Origin: Verrucomicrobiales bacterium
GTDB lineage: Bacteria > Verrucomicrobiota > Verrucomicrobiia > Verrucomicrobiales > V1-33
Reading direction: 5' to 3'
Assembly: GCA_031411295.1 (NCBI GenBank)
Contig: JANOAV010000068.1
Span: 1-55,038, forward strand
DNA: 55,038 nucleotides
Shown: positions 48,914 through 55,038 of the stretch, in pieces
Numbering within the stretch: the stretch's first letter is position 1
Layout: each line of letters starts with the position of its first letter
Notes under the pieces: model-generated
What the model was told of the DNA's origin: nothing
Seen by the model: only the letters and a program-made list of their open reading frames with translations
Databases searched by the model: none
Position numbers and translations under genes: made by a program

Positions 48914-49720
48914 TTAGCGTTTCTGTCCTGCACCAGGCGGGCTCAGCGTCATTCCTTTCCCGTTTCCCTTCAGTTCCAGTCCAGACAACTCTGCAATTTG
49001 CTGTAACGCAAAGCTGAGCGGAATGTCTCTCAAGTCCAGTGTCAGCTTCGGTTCCTTTTTCGGATCTACTCCAACCACCACGATGTTGATGCCTTTCTTG
49101 GCGGGATCCAATTCTATACTTTTGTCGTGCAGGAAAGCTGCGGCTTCGGTTACGGTGGCTTTGGCAAAAGTTACCCTTTTGAGGATGAGCTGTAAGGCTT
49201 TGGGTGCCTCAGGACCAGGCTCGGGGGGCACGGCTCGTTTGGCCCCTTTTGGTTGGATCACATAGGTTAGGGTGGCTGGGACGGTGGTCACTTCCATCCC
49301 TGCCATCTGCCCAATCAGATCCACCGCCATGTCCATGGTGACGTCGCTCATGTTGAGGGAGATCTTGGCTTTGGTGGGATTGCGCAGGACGAAATTGAGA
49401 CCTTTCTTTGCAGGATCCAGTTCGATACTTTTCGCCCGCAAGTAATCCACGGCTTCATCCATCGTGGCATTACTGAACGTCAGTTTCGCCAGCACGAACT
49501 TGGCAGCCAATGCAGTCACTGCATCCTTTGGTTTATCCTGTGCTTGAACTTGCCACTGCATTAGGAAAGCTACGAGCAAAACGACCAACCCTGAAAGCCA
49601 CAGTGGCCGGCTCGGAATGGCGGCAGCTTTAATTTCGAAGTGTTCTGCTCCGCAAGTCGGTCGGGGCACGACACGATTGATAGTGGAAAATACACCTGCC
49701 GTTCGTTCATTGGGATTCAT
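48914..49720 (-). CDS. Secreted protein with two secretin N-terminal (STN/N0-like) domains
   Basis: Two internal repeats (…KSIELDPAKKG…) similar to a periplasmic domain of the secretin at 39150-41708. Start is uncertain. Confidence 0.75.
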   Translation of the reverse strand: MNPNERTAGVFSTINRVVPRPTCGAEHFEIKAAAIPSRPLWLSGLVVLLVAFLMQWQVQAQDKPKDAVTALAAKFVLAKLTFSNATMDEAVDYLRAKSIELDPAKKGLNFVLRNPTKAKISLNMSDVTMDMAVDLIGQMAGMEVTTVPATLTYVIQPKGAKRAVPPEPGPEAPKALQLILKRVTFAKATVTEAAAFLHDKSIELDPAKKGINIVVVGVDPKKEPKLTLDLRDIPLSFALQQIAELSGLELKGNGKGMTLSPPGAGQKR

Positions 49721-49801
49721 GATTTTGCTTAGGTTAGTGTTGTGGGGGCTTCCGGAGCCTGGATCCAAGGCGTTGGGACCTCTGTAAAATTTTAGCAGGA
49801 C

Positions 49802-50686
49802 TCAAACATTCGTCGCCATCCACCGCAGCTTTTGCTGGAGGATATCGTAGAAGCTGGTGTTGGGTAATACCACCAAGGGCACTTGATAGGATGCTTTGCG
49901 GATGGTGATGATTTCATCCGCGCGCAGCGGAAAGGGCGTGCCGCCATCCACCGTGAGCAGGATTTCCTCCTGCTCGTCGTCCGGTTTGATCGTTAGCGTA
50001 ACCGTGTCCTCCGTGACAAAGGCCCGGCTCGCCAGAGCGTGAGCGCAAATGGGTGTGACCAGCAAGACCTCCGCCCGCGGGCTGACCAGCGGGCCCCCAG
50101 CCGAGAGCGAGTAAGCCGTGCTGCCCGTAGGCGTAGCGACAATGAGTCCGTCCCCGTTGAAGCGATTCAGCGAAACCCCATCACAGAAGACTTCCAGTCG
50201 GATGAGTCGGGAAATGGCCCCACGGGTGATGGTGACTTCATTGAGCGCGTGATGGGTTCTGCGGGAGCTATCGCTGCTCACGAAATCCACCGTCAGCAGG
50301 CGTCGTTTGCTGAGAGAGTATTGCCGAGTTGCAATGGCTTCGACAAACGCCAGCAACTCCGTTTCCGTGGCCGTGGTTAGGAAACCAAGTCGCCCCGTAT
50401 TCAGGGCGGCTAGAGGTTTGACGTGATGCCCGCAAATCTGGGCCGTGCGCAAAATGGTGCCGTCTCCGCCGAGCACCACAATGACCTCAACCTTGGGAGT
50501 CAGCGATTCCAAGGATTCTCCTGCCGGAGCCCCGCAGGCCTCAGCCGTGACGGTTTCCCAGAAGACCTCCACACCTTTGGCAAGCAAGCCCGCCACCACC
50601 TCCTGCGTGCGCTCAATAGCATCGGGTTTGGTGAGGTTGGCGATGATTCCGGCTTTGACTGGGGACGACATAATTCTTGAGGTCAT
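49802..50686 (-). CDS. nadK: NAD(+)/NADH kinase
   Basis: Motifs LGGDGT, NTGRLGFL, ALNE, DGLIVATPTGSTAYSLSAGGP. Start at 50686 or 50671. Confidence 0.95.
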   Translation of the reverse strand: MTSRIMSSPVKAGIIANLTKPDAIERTQEVVAGLLAKGVEVFWETVTAEACGAPAGESLESLTPKVEVIVVLGGDGTILRTAQICGHHVKPLAALNTGRLGFLTTATETELLAFVEAIATRQYSLSKRRLLTVDFVSSDSSRRTHHALNEVTITRGAISRLIRLEVFCDGVSLNRFNGDGLIVATPTGSTAYSLSAGGPLVSPRAEVLLVTPICAHALASRAFVTEDTVTLTIKPDDEQEEILLTVDGGTPFPLRADEIITIRKASYQVPLVVLPNTSFYDILQQKLRWMATNV

Positions 50687-50780
50687 GTTTATACCAGTAG
50701 TCGGAAGAAATTGCCAGCGATTATGACTCCGCGTGCCAATTTGTGCTCGCGACATTGGAATTATTGACGAACGCAATGGA

Positions 50781-52184
50781 ATGTCGCACAGAGTGGCCAT
50801 GCTCTCCGTTGCTCTCAGAATTTCTCCCGTGCTTGATCCCACCTTCACTCCCGCAGTGCTGTGGAATCGGGCTTATCGTAACTTGGTGGCAGCCTCCACT
50901 AACGCGCGTGAGGCCGCTCTGGCGCTGGAACAGCCGGATGGGGCCGTCTCCGTGGTGCCACTGCGCCTGCTGCCGGACGAGCCTGCTGCCAGAGCCCTCA
51001 CGATCCGCTATGTGGAACGCTTGGTCAAGTTTCTCCTCTGGCAACGCGGTGGTTCCCGCATCTGGGTGGGCGGTGCGCCCGAGGTGGCAGCCTCCCTCGC
51101 GGCCAGCTATGCCTCGGACGGCACGCGCGCCTTCGATGATGCCTTGGTCGGACGCAAAATTTATCTGGAACCGCTCTCGGTCCGCAGCGTGAGCTTGGCG
51201 GAAATGCCCGCCGAGCGTCAGGCGGGCGTGGCCTTGGGACGGCACTTGGCCGGATGCCGCATCGGCTTCGACCTCGGCGGCAGTGATCGGAAAACCGCCG
51301 CAGTTATCGATGGCAAGGTTGTCTTCACCGAAGAGATTCCCTGGGACCCTTACTTCCAAAGCGATCCCAACTATCACCTCGACGGCGTGCGTCATTCACT
51401 CCAGCGGGCTGCGGAACATCTGCCACGCGTGGACGCCATCGGCGGCAGTGCCGCTGGTTGTTACGTGAACAACGAAGTGCGCGCGGCCTCGTTGTTTCGC
51501 GGGGTAAATGATGAGGACTTCGCCAAACACGTGCGCGGCATGTTCTCTACGCTCCGTGCGGAGTGGAACAACGTGCCGTTTGCGGTGGTGAATGATGGGG
51601 AAGTGACTGCGCTGGCTGGCAGTATGTCGCTGGGGAAAAATTCCGTGTTAGGCATCTCCATGGGCACCAGCTTGGCCTCTGGTTATGTCGATCCCGAAGG
51701 CCGCATCACCAGTTGGCTGAATGAACTCGCCTTCGCCCCGCTCGACTATCGGGACGATGCCCCGCGTGATGAATGGAGTGGCGATCTTGGTTGTGGCGTG
51801 CAGTATTTCTCCCAGCAAGGAGTGGCCCGACTGGCCAAGGCGGCGGGGATCATGCTCCCAGAAACAATGCCCTTGGCGGAACGATTGATCGAAGTGCAGT
51901 CGCTCATGAAATCCGGCAGCGAACAGGCACGGAAAATCTATGAAACGATCGGCACCTGTCTCGGCTACGCCCTGCCGCATTATGCGGACTTCATGACTCT
52001 GGAAAACGTTCTCATCCTCGGTCGAGTCACCACCGGTGCCGGTGGCGATCTCATGCTGGAGCAAGCCCGCAACGTGTTGCAAGCCGAGTTCCCCGAACAC
52101 ACCCACCTCCAAATCTCCATGCCCGACGAACAAATGAAACGCCACGGCCAAGCCGTAGCCGCCGCCAGCCTGGCAGAAGTTTAA
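50781..52184 (+). CDS. ROK family protein
   Basis: Motifs IGFDLGGSD, VNDGEVTAL, GISMGTS and NELAF. Confidence 0.85.
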   Translation: MSHRVAMLSVALRISPVLDPTFTPAVLWNRAYRNLVAASTNAREAALALEQPDGAVSVVPLRLLPDEPAARALTIRYVERLVKFLLWQRGGSRIWVGGAPEVAASLAASYASDGTRAFDDALVGRKIYLEPLSVRSVSLAEMPAERQAGVALGRHLAGCRIGFDLGGSDRKTAAVIDGKVVFTEEIPWDPYFQSDPNYHLDGVRHSLQRAAEHLPRVDAIGGSAAGCYVNNEVRAASLFRGVNDEDFAKHVRGMFSTLRAEWNNVPFAVVNDGEVTALAGSMSLGKNSVLGISMGTSLASGYVDPEGRITSWLNELAFAPLDYRDDAPRDEWSGDLGCGVQYFSQQGVARLAKAAGIMLPETMPLAERLIEVQSLMKSGSEQARKIYETIGTCLGYALPHYADFMTLENVLILGRVTTGAGGDLMLEQARNVLQAEFPEHTHLQISMPDEQMKRHGQAVAAASLAEV

Positions 52185-52235
52185 GCTAGGGTGGACTGGC
52201 GCATGGGGCCTCGCTATCAAGGCTTTGGATTCGAT

Positions 52236-52400
52236 TCACGCCCCCTCACCATCAATAAACCCGGTGCCACAGCTCCAAGATCACCAGACTTATGACCTGC
52301 TTCAGGTAAACGAACTCGCGCGTTTCCATTTTGCCGATGAGCCATTTTACGCGTTTGGCAACAAAGTAGCCGCGTTTCTTGAGTGACGTTTCGCTGAGGG
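52236..52400 (-). pseudogene. asnB: Truncated duplicate of the asnB 3' end
   Basis: The reverse complement aligns to 22761-22927 with 17 substitutions and one 2-bp deletion over 167 columns (manual alignment). Confidence 0.92.
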
Positions 52401-52627
52401 GTCCTAAATAACCAAAAACCTAAATGGACAAAAACAGGGAAACCGTGACTGCGACCGGACTGCCATGCAGTTTGTGAACAAACGTGAAGGTTGCACTATT
52501 TCACTCGATTCCCCTATGTATTTAGGCGCAGGCCTGGAATCTGTCACTTTCTGGGAGGTTTTGTTTCCAAGGTGCCAGCGCGCCCAATCGTTTGGAATTT
52601 TGACACCAATTATTCTGGCCCTCTTCT

Positions 52628-52716
52628 GCGCACCTCTAATAACCTTGGCATGCACAAGCGCGTTTGGTTCAAAATGATGGAAAACCCTCCGGTTTTGAGT
52701 GTTTTTAGAGGCGCCC
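52628..52716. mobile_element. Degenerate second copy of the 88-bp MITE
   Basis: GCGCACCTCTAA...TTAGAGGCGCCC, 89 bp. Shares the internal GGTTCAAAATGRTGGAAAAC and GTGTTTTTAGAGG with 18417-18504. No clear target-site duplication. Confidence 0.75.
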
Positions 52717-52721
52717 GACCG

Positions 52722-53390
52722 TCACTCTGGGCGTGCTAGTGCCCCGGGGACGTCTTTCTTACTTAACAAACCCTCAAGTTTACTATTAGGAAATTGTTCT
52801 ACCCACCAATCATCACTCTTATTTTCATAAACTAGGTTGCACAAATCATCCAACACAAACCTAGCTCCATCTCTAGTTATCGGGTCCGACAGCCTTTCCT
52901 GGGCTGAATTAATTATTATTAACGGTTCAGGGTTTAGAAAAGGCCAACGGCCTGACTCGAGGGTATTGTGAAAATCATGCTTGATTTGTTGAATGGCGGC
53001 CACTCGGGGATTAACTACCCTCCCCTCTGCCTCCCCGTTCTGAAGGGAAGTCAAGACAACGTCCCACGCCTTATTCCGAGGATGCAAATCAGGGGAAGTC
53101 AACTGACGCATCCAATATACCCCAACAACTCTGAGAGCACTGGGTTTATGATTAAGAATCTCGCCCTCTTCTAGGAAATGCCATTCCTCGATTGACAGTT
53201 GTGACCTCCATCCAAGCACTTCAGCGTCCGGTTGTGATGTCTCTAAAGCACCTGCCAGAAGTAAATCATTTTCATGAGCTTTACTATCATGCAAGATACC
53301 TTCCGCAACACTTGGCTTTTGAATCGCACGCTGAGGTGGATTCGCCTCAATAAGTGGATGATTCGTGCATATAGTTACGATAGCAATCAA
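52722..53390 (-). CDS. Hypothetical AT-rich protein, 5' end probably damaged
   Basis: 222-aa ORF. The same frame extends upstream as a hydrophobic stretch (VIASFIIFFASLL) with no ATG before a stop codon. Confidence 0.55.
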   Translation of the reverse strand: MIAIVTICTNHPLIEANPPQRAIQKPSVAEGILHDSKAHENDLLLAGALETSQPDAEVLGWRSQLSIEEWHFLEEGEILNHKPSALRVVGVYWMRQLTSPDLHPRNKAWDVVLTSLQNGEAEGRVVNPRVAAIQQIKHDFHNTLESGRWPFLNPEPLIIINSAQERLSDPITRDGARFVLDDLCNLVYENKSDDWWVEQFPNSKLEGLLSKKDVPGALARPE

Positions 53391-54148
53391 TAGCGAAGCA
53401 AAGAAAATAATGAAGCTAGCAATAACTTCACCACATGCCGCAATTCATCGTCCAAGTCCCGTTCATCCGTTAGCGTCTCCAAGACCTGTTCGCGCAGCAG
53501 TTGTCCGTAGCGCTGGCGGAGCCGGCTGAGGACTTGACGCATGGTGCTGTTGGACTTGCCGGTGGCGGTCGCCAGAGTCGCGTAAGTTCCCTCGTCCTGT
53601 TTGCTTAAAATGTAGGGTGTCAGGAGGTCGAACATTTCACCCTGTCCCCGACCGGTGTAGGTGGAGCGCAATTGCTGCAACGCTTGATGGTGCAACTGCC
53701 GTGCGAAGTCCATTTCAAAATCCAACTCTAACGCAGGAAGGGTGAAATCCGTGAACTGGTGCTGGATCGCTTCATCCTGAAAATCCATCGAGATAACTTT
53801 GCCCTGGCCGCGTTTCTGCGCGGAGTTTTTGCGCTGCCAATCCACGATGCTGTTGCGGAGCAAGTGCAGCACATAAGTTCGAAAGCGGCCCTTGGCTGGA
53901 TCCGCCAGTGGGATCGCACGGACCAGAAAGATCTGCCCCAGAAAATCCTGGCAGACATCTTCGCTATCGTCCAGAGGAACCCCGGAGCGACGAACCGCCG
54001 CCAAGATCACAGGGCGATAACGTTCGGAGAGTTCCGCCATCGCTTTGGCGGCTTCAATGTCTCCGTCCGCGCCCGAGCGAGCACGGGCGATCAGAGACCA
54101 GCGGGTTTGATGTGGGTTGGTGTCCATGGAATTAAGTTTGAGCATCAT
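53387..54148 (-). CDS. ECF-type sigma-70 factor (PVC-type)
   Basis: Motifs TRWSLI, EDVCQDF, ADPAKGRFRTY, KRGQG, RLRQRY and DDELRH. Confidence 0.88.
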   Translation of the reverse strand: MMLKLNSMDTNPHQTRWSLIARARSGADGDIEAAKAMAELSERYRPVILAAVRRSGVPLDDSEDVCQDFLGQIFLVRAIPLADPAKGRFRTYVLHLLRNSIVDWQRKNSAQKRGQGKVISMDFQDEAIQHQFTDFTLPALELDFEMDFARQLHHQALQQLRSTYTGRGQGEMFDLLTPYILSKQDEGTYATLATATGKSNSTMRQVLSRLRQRYGQLLREQVLETLTDERDLDDELRHVVKLLLASLFSLLRY

Positions 54149-54161
54149 AGCAGACAGTTAC

Positions 54162-54194
54162 AAAAAAAGCCAGGCCGCACGAGGCGGCCTGGCT
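54162..54194 (-). terminator. Rho-independent terminator of the caspase-family gene
   Basis: Stem AGCCAGGCCGC/GCGGCCTGGCT with an A7 run on the + strand (U-tract on the minus strand). Confidence 0.85.
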
Positions 54195-54225
54195 GGGCGA
54201 GCGGGCCCTGCGGCCCGGGTGGTTC

Positions 54226-55038
54226 TTAGAGGCGGGTCAGGTCCAGTTGGGCTGCGCCATTGCCGTCATAGAGCTGAGGGGTTTGTTGGCCGCCGTAGGC
54301 GTTCGTGCCGCCGGACACCCGATTGAAGCTTTCTTCCAGGCTGATCCAGCCGTTGCGATTGCCGTCGTAGCTGGCGGTTCTCCAAGCTTGGAGCAGCGCA
54401 TAGGTCAACCAGCCGTGGCCGATGGCGGGGGACTCGTAGGAGAACTCGCTCCCGCGGCAACCTGCCAGCACCACCCGACCGGCCACGCTGATGTCACGAG
54501 CCATGAACTCACCGGCCCGGGCATTAGGTGCGGGGGCACCGAGCATGGGGAAGTAACGGGCCTTGTTCCCTGCGGCCACCGTGTTGCGGCCGATGAAGGT
54601 GCCGCTGCAGCAGGAGTCGAACACCACACCCACCGTGGTCGTGCCAGCGCTGCGCAGCCAGGTATCCAACTCGTTTTCCGAGATCATGGTGTTGGCATAG
54701 CCGTTGGTGTCCCAGTTGCACATGTAGCCGGTGGCACCACTGCAGCTGCCGTGGCCGCTGTAGTAGAGCAGGAAGCTGCCACCACCAGGAGCCAGCCGGG
54801 CGATCTGGGCTTGGATGCCAGCCTTGGAGGCTTGGCTGTCGATCAGCGTCGTCACGGCCCAACCACTGTTGCGCAGCGCAGTGCTAACATCCCGGGCGTC
54901 ATCATCGCAGAGACTGAGATCATTGATGTATTGGTAGTCAGAAATCCCAATGACCAAGGCCCGCTTGGTGCCCGTCACGGTGCCACCGCCGCCGCCCGTG
55001 GTGCTGGGTTCGAAGCGCAGATTGAGCGTGTAAGCCCC
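54226..55038 (-). CDS. Caspase family (peptidase C14) protein, partial (5' end outside the window)
   Basis: Motifs KRALVIGISDY, YSGHG (catalytic His) and FDSCCSG (catalytic Cys). The frame stays open to the window edge (GAYTLNLRFEPSTTGGGGG, a PPC-like domain end plus linker). Confidence 0.9.
   Translation of the reverse strand, partial: GAYTLNLRFEPSTTGGGGGTVTGTKRALVIGISDYQYINDLSLCDDDARDVSTALRNSGWAVTTLIDSQASKAGIQAQIARLAPGGGSFLLYYSGHGSCSGATGYMCNWDTNGYANTMISENELDTWLRSAGTTTVGVVFDSCCSGTFIGRNTVAAGNKARYFPMLGAPAPNARAGEFMARDISVAGRVVLAGCRGSEFSYESPAIGHGWLTYALLQAWRTASYDGNRNGWISLEESFNRVSGGTNAYGGQQTPQLYDGNGAAQLDLTRL

Noticed and set aside
1..55038. CRISPR array, rRNA genes, prophage genes or intact transposases
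   Set aside because: I saw no regularly spaced repeats, rRNA-like sequence, or phage or transposase motifs.

Overview
A roughly 55 kb bacterial chromosomal window, most consistent with a free-living Verrucomicrobiota member (Verrucomicrobiales-like). The evidence is a complete five-gene Amuc_1102-1098-type pilus/secretin operon, a PEP-CTERM protein, DUF1501, a planctomycete-type cytochrome c/WD40 protein and PVC-type REP elements. Left part: a minus-strand run (oxidoreductase, SGNH-like protein + MBOAT, HupE/UreJ, vanadium haloperoxidase-like protein, linalool dehydratase-like protein), then a sugar-acid catabolic module (PfkB kinase / RidA-GntP-dipeptidase). An accessory glycosylation region at about 12.6-23.3 kb follows (GT32, GT-like protein, CobW, Tat-exported Cys-rich peptide + partner, GT25-GT32 fusion, beta-propeller, asnB). 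Middle and right: tRNA-Ser(GGA), potABCD-like transporter, vWA/ExbD, queA, the pilus operon, an ABC ATPase + binding protein, pyrR-pyrB, NAD kinase, ROK protein, ECF sigma factor and a partial caspase-family protease. The most unusual signals are: (i) a REP doublet inserted in-frame inside cobW; (ii) an inverted, about 89% identical copy of the asnB 3' end about 29 kb away, with mostly synonymous changes; (iii) a Tat-exported six-Cys peptide/partner pair behind a putative promoter with a (CT)7 spacer; (iv) two copies of an 88-89 bp MITE; (v) a stand-alone protein made of two copies of the secretin's periplasmic domain. All assignments were made by eye from motifs; no database searches were run.
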